Shown here: positions 28,201 through 39,375 of the stretch, piece after piece
Layout: every line of letters starts with the position of its first letter
How positions within the stretch are numbered: position 1 is the stretch's first letter
DNA from: Octopus sinensis
Lineage: Eukaryota
Assembly: GCF_006345805.1 (NCBI RefSeq)
Contig: NC_042998.1
Location: 99,262,001-99,326,000, forward strand
Direction: 5' to 3'
DNA: 64,000 nt
Made by a program: the position numbers and the translations under genes
The notes under the pieces: model-generated
What the model saw: the letters and a program-made list of their open reading frames with translations, nothing else
Told to the model about the DNA's origin: nothing
Database searches by the model: none

Positions 28201-28383
28201 TAAATTAGAGATAAAACCACTATTAGGCAAATCAAACAGTGAAAAACATAAACCAAAGCATAGAAATAAAATTAATTAATATAATATACAAAATATATAA
28301 AATATAAAATTCAAAATTTAAAATGCTTTGGTTTATGTTTTTCATTGTTTGATTTGCCTAATAGTGGTTTTATCTCTAATTTA
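28201..28383. repeat. (TA)n-flanked inverted repeat with 61 bp arms
   Basis: Arms 28201-28261 and 28323-28383 differ at one position, which is a G.U pair in RNA. Confidence 0.9.
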
Positions 28384-29557
28384 ATATATATATATATATT
28401 TATACTGTAAAATTAGATTTAATCCTAAATCTAATTTTTCCCTGTAAGTTTGGATTTACTCCCTAATATTATTATTATATACTTATATTTATCATTATTA
28501 TCATTATTATTAGGGCAGTGAACTGGCCAAATTGTTAGAACGCTGGGCAAATGCTTAGCAGCATTTCATCCATTTTCATGTTCTGCATTCAAATTCTACC
28601 AAGGTAGACTTTGTCTTTCATCTTTTCAGGTCCAATAATTAAGTACCAGTGAAACACTGGGGTTGATGTAATGAACTAGTCCTCTCCCCTCAAATTTCAG
28701 GCCTTGTGCCTTCAGTAGAAAGGATTATTAGGGCAGTAAGCTGGCAGAATCATTAGCAGGCTAGGTAAAATGCTTAGCAGCATTTCATCCAGCTTTATGT
28801 TCAAAGTTCAAATTCTGCCACGGTCAACTCTCTCTTTTATCCATTCAGGGTCAAAAATATAAGTAACCGTTCAGCATTGGGATCAATGTGATCAACTTAA
28901 CCCCTCCCTTAAAATTGCTGACCCTGTGCCAAAATTTGAAACCATTATTGTCATTATTTTACACCCATTTTATTTTTTTGCATTATATCTCACATTCCTG
29001 AGCTTCTAGATTTTTTTCTTAATAACTAATTTTCTTAATTTAAGAATCTTTGTTTTTTTTCTTATTTTCTTGCTTGATCTTCATCATCATTTAACGTCTG
29101 CTTTCCATGCTGGTATGGGCTGGACAGTTTGACTGAAGGGTGCACCAGGCTCCGATCTGGTTAGGCAAAGTTTCTACAGCTGGATGCCCTTCCTAATGCC
29201 AACCACTCCAAGAGTGTAGTGGGTGTTATTATGTGCCACTGGCACAAGGGCCAGTCAGACAGTACTGGCATCGGCCACACTCAAATGGTGCTTTTTACAT
29301 GCCACCTGCACAGAAGCCAGTCTGGTGGCACTGGCAATGACCATGCTCAAATGGGGTTTTTTACGTGCCACCAGCACGACAGCCAGTCAGCAGCCCTGGC
29401 AACAATCATGCTCAAATGGTGCTTTTAACGTTCCACTGGCATGGGTGGTGATTATTTTTACAAATCTACTCAAGGCCAATTTGACCTTTGACTTTTAACT
29501 CTCAATACCAACTCAGCTGAATCTACCCCTAAATCAATGATACACATTCTGTCTTAA

Positions 29558-29776
29558 CCCTTTAGCATTCAGATTATTTTGCCAAATGTAATGCCTATTC
29601 TTTCACATTGCTTTGAATTAACCACAATTATCTTGTAACTTCAAGATTTTGATGAGGTGATCATTTATTTTTAGAATGACATTGTAGGGTAGGAGTGAGA
29701 GGCTGGATCTTGCCAGTTTAAATACAAAATAGATAGAATATTTGGGCCAAATATGACCAGTTTAAATGCTAAAGGG
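29558..29776 (+). mobile_element. piggyBac-type MITE (219 bp)
   Basis: Same TIRs; perfect TTAA on both sides. Confidence 0.9.
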
Positions 29777-30821
29777 TTAAAGTGATCTAAACTAAAACCT
29801 TCTATCAAAACTTATGTTAATTTACATTTGAAACATCAGCTTAATAATGACAAATATATTTTAATAAATTTTTTATTGTTTTCAAAATTAATTGAAAGAA
29901 AGGCAGTGTATTTTAACAGAAATAGGGTAACCAAAGCATTAACATATCTTTTTCTCTTTCTGTATGTCACCTTATTCCACGTTTTTATTTCTTTGTGTGT
30001 ATTTATGAATGTGTGTGTGTGTGTGTGTGTGTATTTGTGTGTGTGTGCATGTGTGTGTGTGTTTGTGTGTTTGTACTGTTGGCAATTTCTTCTTCTTTGG
30101 ATTTTTCCCTTTCTCCTTTCTGACAAAGAGCTATGCTCGAAATGTTAAGCTCCCTCCTTTCACCAAGCATCAAGCTAATACACTTCTTGTGCCTGTCCTC
30201 ACATTTGTTGTTTGCCTTTTTTTTTTTCATTTTCTATTTGTTTATTTGAATTGACTATATATATATATATTCTTATACAGGAATGTTGTTGACAGGGACT
30301 TCGAAGTCATAGTCAACAATTCTTGCATAAGAATAATAAATTTGTACTCTACAAAAGTATAGACTAACCCATTAGATTAGTGTAGAATCATTTTTATTAT
30401 AACTGAACATAAAAACAAGCATTATTTATTTAGAGAGAGAGGGTAAGAGGGAGAGAAATGACCTGAGTAGGGAGATAGGTAAATGTGTATGTATATATCT
30501 ATTTATGCATTTGAATAAGCAAATAAGAAATTAAAAAAAAACTCAGTACAAACAAGTAAAGTGTATATATTTTTATTATAAGCTGAAGTTATTCTTTCAT
30601 TGTAACTAGTAGTTTTACGGCAAAAATGCTCAGACAAGAAAGAAAATTTACTTATCAACAGGATATATTTTTTAATCTGTATATTCAGGATTTGAAGGGG
30701 GAATTTGATTGGTTACAAAATGAAACAAAGCATCACAGAGATGGGAACACTTAAAATTTCTTTTGCTGTACCTCCTTTGTTTATCTAACATTTACTATGA
30801 AAATAAAGACAAGGATAACTA

Positions 30822-31047
30822 CGAGGGGGTGCTGAAAAGTTCCTGGCTTTGGGTAAAAGAAAATACAGGAGGATCAGTTAATTATGATTTTATTTAACAT
30901 AGTCCACTCTCAGATCCATACACTTATTGCAACAGTCCTTCAGTTTTTCTAAGCACTGCAAAAAAAAAAACTCAGAAGGTTAGGCCACCAACCTTTTGAT
31001 ACCCTTTGTGATACCCTTAAAGCCAGGAACTTTTCAGTACCCGCTCA
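30822..31047. mobile_element. mariner-type MITE
   Basis: ta|cgagggggtgctgaaaagttcctggcttt ... aaagccaggaacttttcagtacccgctca|ta. Confidence 0.85.
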
Positions 31048-31241
31048 TATGGTCCTAGGATAATTTTTAATTGTCAATATTTGCACTTTTTTATGCTGGC
31101 AAATAAACAAATTAACAAACCAGTTGTTACATTGATATGAATGTATTAGTGCAAATATGGAGAAGAATCTAAAACTAGGAAAGAATGTAAATGTAAAGAT
31201 AATTTTTAAAATTACAATAATAATCTTTTATCTTCATTATT

Positions 31242-31393
31242 TACATAATTTACATTTGACAGATATTTGTCCTCATCTTGTTTGTTGTTAATACAGTGTT
31301 TCGGTTGATATACCCTCCAGCCTTCATCAGGTATCTTGGGGAAATTTCAAACCTGGATTCTCATTCCTAAGGTATTTTTCGATGTTGTTGTTA

Positions 31394-31450
<57 letters not shown>

Positions 31451-31710
31451 GTCAGGTCACTGCCTAGAATCGAACTCAGAATCTTGGGGTTAGTAGCCCA
31501 TGCTCTTAACCCCAAGATTCTGAGTTCGATTCCAGGCAGTGACCTGAATAATAATAATAATAATGATAACATCGAAAAATACCTTAGGAATGAGAACCCA
31601 GGTTCGAAATTTCCCCAAGATACCTGAAGAAGGCTGGAGGGTATATCAGCTGAAACATTGTTAACAACAAACAAGATGAGGACAAATATCCATCAAATGT
31701 AAATAATGTA
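31242..31710. mobile_element. ~470 bp palindrome, Penelope-like terminal sequence with a tRNA-like centre
   Basis: Arms 31242-31492 and 31507-31710 are complementary. Each carries CTGA(T/A)GA-stem-GAAAC, an (ATT)n tract and a T-arm-like ctgagttcgatt. Confidence 0.75.
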
Positions 31711-32846
31711 CATAATTCCTCATCTCTCAAATATAGAACTGTATAATCTTTTATCTTCCTCTTACTTGTTTCAGTCATTTGGACTGCAGTCATAGTGGGG
31801 CACTGCTTTGAAGGATTTTAGTCATACAAATCAATACTTATAATTGTCTGGTACCTATTCTATCAGTCCCTCTTTTGCTGAACTGCTAAATTACTGAGAC
31901 CTAAAACCAACACTGATTGTCAAATGGTGATGGAGGACAAACACAAACACAAAGACATATACATGCATAGATATATACATATCGAGATATATACATATAG
32001 TAATAAAGAAATTATAATAATAATTCTAATTTTGGTCCAAGGCCAGAAATATAGAAGAAAGTAAGTTAGACAGTAATATTGATTCAAGTACTTGATTGTT
32101 ATTTTATTTTATCAACCCCATAGGGATAGGAAGAGAAATTGACTTCTGTGAGATTTGAACTAAGATGATATAGAGCAAACCACTTTTCCCCAATGTTCTA
32201 ATGGTTCTGTCAGCTCATAGCTTTAACTTCAATTGTAACAATTCTTTCTACTATAGGCACAAGGCCTGAAAATTGGGTGAGGCTCATCAATTACATCGAT
32301 CTCATTGCTCAACTGGTACTTATTAGTTTGACTATGACAGGATGAAAAACATAGTCAGCCTTGGCTACATTTGAAGTCTGAATGTAAAGAACCAGAAGAA
32401 ACACTGCTAAGCATTTAGTCTGACTCACTAACAATCCTGCCAGCTTACCACTCTAATCTAATTGTAATAATAATAGTTGCCTTTGTTGTTGTTATTGTTT
32501 GGCCCTAATTTGTTCCTGGATGAGGAAACCTACAATCAAGAGCATCATTCATTATTCATGCCATGCCTATTCTATGTTTTTAACTTTTCTTCTTCTGGAC
32601 TACATTATAGAGTATGTCCTTCTTTAAAAAAGATTTCAAGATAGTATTGTGCAGCTTAAGAGAGATTTGGCTTCTGTTTCCAACATTTCAAGCCAGCAGT
32701 CTTGAAATATATTTTGTAGATCAGGATTGTTTTAAACTATATAATCCTTTTATTTATAACCATTGTAGACAGAATAGAGTATAAGGCGTACTCTGAGTTG
32801 ATGTCCTTTGTTTTTAATTTATCTATCTTTTTTTATTTTTGTTTAG

Positions 32847-32949
32847 ATGACAACTGTAGTTTTTGGGTAATTCCTTCAATCCAACAGGCTTGGACAGTGT
32901 TGGATCTCCAGCATGAACATATAATTACAGGAATCAAGGTTTTTGGATG
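32847..32949 (+). CDS. Exon 10: NDNCSFWVIPSIQQAWTVLDLQHEHIITGIKVFG, F5/8C-like
   Basis: gtttag| and |gtatgt; 'W...W..LDL....ITGI' is the F5/8 type C signature. Confidence 0.93.
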
Positions 32950-33074
32950 GTATGTCATCATATAAATCTTTTCAGTATTTCTCGTAGTTTACTCTAACAA
33001 AAATATATAATGCATGATTTTAACATAGTAGCAAATTGCAAATATTTTCAGTAATAGTGCTTAGTCAATTGTTA

Positions 33075-33380
33075 AACCTATATACATACATAGCTGTCTA
33101 TGTGTGTGTGTGTCTGTGTGCATATCTGCATGCATGTCTGCGTGTGCATATGTGTCTTTATACATGCATACATATACACCAACACATTTGTGTAGATAGA
33201 CAAATAGGTAGTTAAATAGATATACATACATACATATATACATACATATATAAACACACACACACACATATATACACACATAAATATACAGACACACACA
33301 CATATATATACATACATACATACATATATACTTGTATATATATATACATGTATATGTGTGTGTGTATATATATATACACT
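33075..33380. repeat. Compound degenerate CA/TA/TG microsatellite
   Basis: Directly visible. Confidence 0.9.
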
Positions 33381-34141
33381 ATAGCAATGAAAGTAGATAG
33401 CAGGGCTTTTTGGTAGCTTGGAATGAAGATCAAACTGGTTAGTTTCATATTTCATTTATAACTCATTAGGAATCTCTTACTTTTGTCTTACAAGCTGCCA
33501 AAAAGAAGTATTGTAGAACTACTTATAAATATGTAAACAAGATTTTTACATGTATGCCAAGTATAACAACTTTTGCTTAATAGTACAAGGTTGATAGCTG
33601 GGCATTAATAATTAGGGTAGCAATAGTTTGAATGTATTTCTTTATACTCTTCCACTGCTGTTGTTCATTGAACAACAATAAAGCTTCAGTATTGCATTCA
33701 AAGGTTTTAGTCAATCATATCAACTCCACTACTTATTTCAGTCTGGTACTTAATTTATCAATCTCTTTTTGTTGAACTGCCGAGTTAAAAGATATAAAGA
33801 GACACATAAAAACAAATTTGTGGGGCTGGTATAAACATAAATGCACCAGTAGTGTAGTTAGAGTGTATACTGCCTAGAGTACTCCTGGCAAAACCTAAGT
33901 GAGGCTTTTTTGCATCCCTTAACCTATGCTATTAAAATACACTCAACTGAGTGCATGTATGTAGTATAGGCTTTTGTACAATTTCCACCACAGAAGCCCA
34001 TCAAGCAATAGCTGATTTGAGGCTATAGTAGAAGTTACTTTTGCACAGTGTTGTGTAATGTAATCAACTTTAGGACCATGCAAACTGGATCTCTTAACCA
34101 TACACCCACAACCTGTTCTAATGCATATATATATATATATG

Positions 34142-34184
<43 letters not shown>

Positions 34185-34251
34185 GTTACGCAATGGATAA
34201 CACGTCTGACTGCGTATCAGAAGATTCCAGGTTCGTATCCTGGTGAGCTTG
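34185..34251 (+). pseudogene. tRNA-Arg retro-pseudogene (positions 7-73, anticodon read as GCG), 5' truncated
   Basis: gttacgcaatggataacacgtctgactgcgtatcagaagattccaggttcgtatcctggtgagcttg aligns to conserved metazoan tRNA-Arg(ACG). Anticodon and T stems are intact; the acceptor 5' strand is missing. Confidence 0.88.
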
Positions 34252-34803
34252 CATTTATTTTCCGTCCAACCCGTGCTAGCACGGAAAACGGACGTTAAAC
34301 GATGATGATGATGATATATATAAAAATATTATTATTATTAATAAATAATAATAATATAAGTGGCTAGCAAGCATAAAATAACTATGAAGGTTAAATTATT
34401 AATTTATAATGAGGGTACTAGGTAGTTCCAGCATTGCTAGACATAAGAGTCAAAATGATTCAAAAACCATATTTATTACTTATACACACTAGTGAATTTG
34501 AAGAAACAAGTAAACAGAAAAGCCAACTTAAGAATAGTGAGTAAAAATGGCAAATGATTTTGCGGATGTACTCATATTATGTGATTTCGAACCCTGTGAT
34601 AAACACTTAGTTCTTGTCAATGGGTATTGTGGTTGAGAGCTAAAAATACTCATGTCACCATATGTGTATTGACCATGTGTGTATTTCTAACAATGCAGGT
34701 ACTGTCTAATACCCTGATTATATATATATATATATTGATAAAAATGGTAAGACAACAAAAGAAAGAAAGAGACCTTGATATTATGTAAATAGAGGAATTT
34801 ATG

Positions 34804-34981
34804 TGTAAATGTAATATGTAGCAATTATTCGGTAACCATGATAAAACACCGAGTTTCAGATGCCGAAGTGGAAATTCATGCCGCCATCTCTTCAGTTATC
34901 TGGCCATCGGATTTCCACCTCAGCATCCGAAACTCGGAGTTTTATCATGGCTACCGAATAATTGTCACATATTACATTTAC

Positions 34982-34982
<1 letters not shown>
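34804..34982. mobile_element. Palindromic Penelope-like mini-element next to (TA)n
   Basis: Arms 34804-34876 and 34911-34982; contains the hammerhead motif. Confidence 0.75.
34836..34903 (-). ncRNA. Type I hammerhead ribozyme motif, near complete
   Basis: ccagataa CUGAAGA gaug...cauc u GAAAC ucggu GUU uuauc-a-ugg: stems I, II and III form and the core is intact. Confidence 0.6.
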
Positions 34983-35077
<95 letters not shown>

Positions 35078-35191
35078 CCTGCTCGCTTAGCCAGCGGGGT
35101 GGTGTCATTTGAAGGCTAAAACAATGTGAAGTGCATTGTGACCAGCGATGTGTAGCAACATCTGATAGCCTGGTCGGTCACGGTAATCACA

Positions 35192-35260
<69 letters not shown>
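34982..35260. repeat. Two long (TA)n tracts (34982-35072 and 35195-35260) around a short repeat fragment
   Basis: Directly visible. Confidence 0.9.
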
Positions 35261-35263
<3 letters not shown>

Positions 35264-35297
35264 TGTGTGTGTGTGCATATATACATATATGTGTGTG

Positions 35298-35536
35298 TGT
35301 TGAATAGAATGAGACAATAAAGCTAAGGCTGTGTGGTATTTTCAGGACATTTATAAAGAGAAAGGTTAAACGTGTTGATTGAAAGCTTCAGTTCATCAGT
35401 TAACATCCATGTTATAAAACTATTAACCCATTAGCATTTAAACAGGCCATATCCAACACAACTTTCTAACTTTCTCTTTATAAATGTCCTGAAAATTCCA
35501 CACACCCTTGGCTTTGTTGTCCCATTCTATTTAACA
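35298..35536. repeat. Inverted repeat (67 bp arms) with hammerhead-like remnant
   Basis: 35298-35364 versus 35470-35536, about 6 mismatches. Confidence 0.75.
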
Positions 35537-38500
35537 TATACATACTCATACAAGACTCACATTAGACTCCTCACTTGTATCGTTATCAAACTGAGAGTTT
35601 AATTACGGTCCGTCCATATCACTTACATATCATTACCTTCCACCTTGGGTCTTCTGGATACCAATACCTCTCATATATGTATGTGTGTGTGTGTGTGTTT
35701 ATTCCCATGTGTCTTTACATTGACACGATTTCAGCAACAGAGACATATTTATGGATCCAATGAACAAAATGTTCAGAAGTGATTAAATGTGCAAAAGCAT
35801 TAGGAATGGCATCTAGATGAAGAATATTGACCCAAGGAATGTTGTTTAATCGATACCATCTTCACAGTCAATGTAAAATATCTTTATTATGATTTATAAA
35901 AATGTCAAACATAACACCTTTTGTATTTAGAAGATAAGGGTACCAATATTTGAATGAGTTCCTGGTTAATCTATTAACGAAACATGGGTGTAATTTGTAA
36001 CATCCTCTAAGAAGTAACTGTATAGTTGCTCTAGCCAAGATCTAAATTTTAGGCTTCAACAACTATCTCAATGTTGTGTAGATACTTTGACAGGAACTAT
36101 TGTTACTATTGTTGTTATGCAGCCTCAGTCAACTCTGCTGCATTCATATTACTCTGTCAAATTTAAAACTTACTTTTTCATCTTCTTTTCAGTTAATCAT
36201 GCACTATCTAATAAGTTTGAGTTCTTCATGATGCAACTGTTTATTTTTAGAATGACATTACTGGGTAGGTGTAAGAGGCCAGATCTGGTCAGATTGAACA
36301 TAAATTGCAAAAGAATATATGGGCTGAATATGGCCAGTTTAAATGCTAAAGGGTTAATAGTTTTATAATATGGATGTTAACTGATGAATCAAAGCTTTCA
36401 ATCAATACTTTTAACCTTGGCAAACTTGCTTGTTGTCCTTGCAGAATATATATACTGTCTTAATATTTAGTTACATATAGGGCAGTGAGCTGGCAAAATT
36501 ATTAGCATGCTGAGCAAAATGTTTGTCCGTCTTTATGTTCTGAGTTCAAATTCTGCCAAGGTCAACTTTGCCTTTCATCTTTCCAGGGTTGATAAAATAA
36601 GTACCAGTTGAGCACTGGGGTCGGTATAATAAACTTAGCCTCTTCCTTGAAATTTCTGGCCTTGTATCAAAATTTGAAACCAATATTTCTCGTTACATAA
36701 AACATAAGGTACCCTTTTTCAAATATGTAAAGAGTTTAAGAGAAATTTGGTTACTACACTGAGTGGGTTGAGCAACAACAAAGAAGTTCTTTCACACAAG
36801 ATAAACATAAATAACCTGAAATTTTTACCTGTATTAGTTCTTCTTTATTGTCCTCCTTGAAATATGTGTTGCATTTTCTGACAAAAATATTTCAGATGTG
36901 ATAATTTGAAGTTCCATGATGTGTTACAGATAGTTTTAGATTTGACATACAAAAATAAAATTTTGTTTTGAGATTATCAACTTATTTCAGCTTTATATCA
37001 GAAATAGATTGCATGAATATATAGGCATCCATTTTACCAAAAAGTCATCCAACCTTGCCAATCCTTTGATGTGTCTGTGTTTAATAGAATAACTGAAATG
37101 AATTCTTCTCTAAAGCAATTTAAGTATCAACACATTTGATCTCCTTTTTTATTTCCCCTGCCATAGGCCTTAATAGATTTGGACTTAATGTTCATTTGCA
37201 GAGCAATGTTAAATAAAAGTATGCATGCTACAAATATGATGTGAAGTGCATAAAAGCTAAAAATCCCAATTTGTTTCACTTATTTTATTTATTTTGTACT
37301 TATTAATTTATTTGGAAAATTAAAATATAGTAGTGGCTTGCTAGACTCAAAATATTTGGTTAATGCCTATATTGTTGATGTTTCCCATGAAAAATCTCTT
37401 AGTGTAATATTTCCAACTTTACCTGTGACCGAGATTGTCGGTGCTGATTTATAAAATGTTAGTACTTACTATAATTATTAACAGATGATAGAGAACACTA
37501 GCTGTTTTTGGTCAGCAGGTGAGTGTTTGATATTTAGTCCACGTCCAACATAATCAGTAACTTCCTTTCTTAACCCATATCTCAATGTTGTCCATTTTCC
37601 TACACTTGATAAGATTTTCTGTCCCAAATAGTTGCATTGTCCACCTCCTATATAGTTATTTGTATGTTATATTCCACCTGTACTTTGGAGTTACAGCTGA
37701 CTGGGTCAGTAAAGCATTGACCTAAAATATACTTTGACTGGTTTGTTGGTTTGTATTCTGTGACCAGAACTGAGCTGTGAACAATTTCCTCTACACCTAA
37801 CACTTGAAGCTTGCTAGTTCAGTCTACCTAAATGTAAATGATAGGCACCATTAGTAAGTACAGTTCATCCTTGTAAGTATAAGGAACTCTTTATTATTGT
37901 TATGTTGCAGTACTGGAGTTAAATCCTGCTGTGAGAATGGATAAAGCAATGAAATACTTCCCCAGTACATCATCCTTTGTATCAGAACATAAAGATTAAA
38001 TCTTTAGTAGTGCCCTAATGACACAAAAAGTTAAAAGACTAAGCATCACCTATTCTTTTTACTTCTACTTTCTCTCCTTATATTTAGGGCTGTTTATGAT
38101 AAAACATGTCTTTATCAAGCAGACTTTGATGTAGTTCTTCTAATGATTTATTTATGTCACATCATGTGTGATTCAGAATAAAGTTTTGGGCAGCAGCTTG
38201 ATAGTGTTAGAATAATTAGAAATAGATTGAGAAATGAATAATTAAGTTGTAGAAAGTTAATGATGTGTGTTGTTGATAAAAATGTGGCTTGGCTGAGTAG
38301 ACCTATGATGAAAGACATGCCAGTTATGACCACCCTATCCTTATTTTTTTTATTAATTATACATTTTAAGACAGCTGTTTGGATTTAAGAGAGATTTGTT
38401 TACTATTTCTGGCAGACAGAACAACTGCCTAGGGGCACCTTTATTACATATGTGTGTGTAAGTAATGTATTTTAAAAGAGAGTGTAAATGAAAGTAGAAA

Positions 38501-39164
38501 TAATTATTTAAATAGACATACATCTGTTAGTTCTTTACTAATAATCTTATGACTACCTTAATTCACCTTCAATTATATTAGACTTCACTAAAGATCTTAA
38601 ATCTTCTTTATTTTAATCAGTACAATATTGCAGGAGAATTCTAAGGAACTGTTTCTCCTTCTTTATATGGGTGGATTATGTAGCTTATCTCTTATATAGG
38701 TGAATTGCAGGTGAATTATTCTGCCCATTTTTATGTAGATGAGACAAGCACTTTATATCAATGTAAATGAATCCAGCATGTGAATGAAATAGGCAGCTTA
38801 TTGATATGCAGGTGGATTTGGCAGCTTATCTGCATATAGAGAATAAAATCCATGTTTTTTGTTGTCTATATAATGTTATTCAAATGGTGCATGCCTATTT
38901 TTGGTGTTGTCATCTCTGAATACCAACATCCTGTTTTTTGTTTTGTTTTTTTATGTCATGATGCAACATTTCTTTTCACAAGTTTGTCATTTGTCATCCC
39001 AGTATTCTGTTTGACATGGAGATTCATTGTTATTGTACAGTAAAATCTTTCAATTATTGTTGTCATATCCATGTATGTTTTCATTGTAACATTTTACCTA
39101 TTTAAAATATCTCACTTGCTTAGTTAAATATATCAAATTCAAAATTGCATACACATTCATCTAT

Positions 39165-39197
39165 ATACACACACATATGTATACATACATGCATATA

Positions 39198-39243
<46 letters not shown>

Positions 39244-39258
39244 TACATATATACATAT

Positions 39259-39327
<69 letters not shown>

Positions 39328-39375
39328 ACATACATATGTATTTGTGTGTGTGTCTGTATGTATACATATATACAT
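39165..39375. repeat. Compound (TA)n microsatellite
   Basis: Directly visible. Confidence 0.95.
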
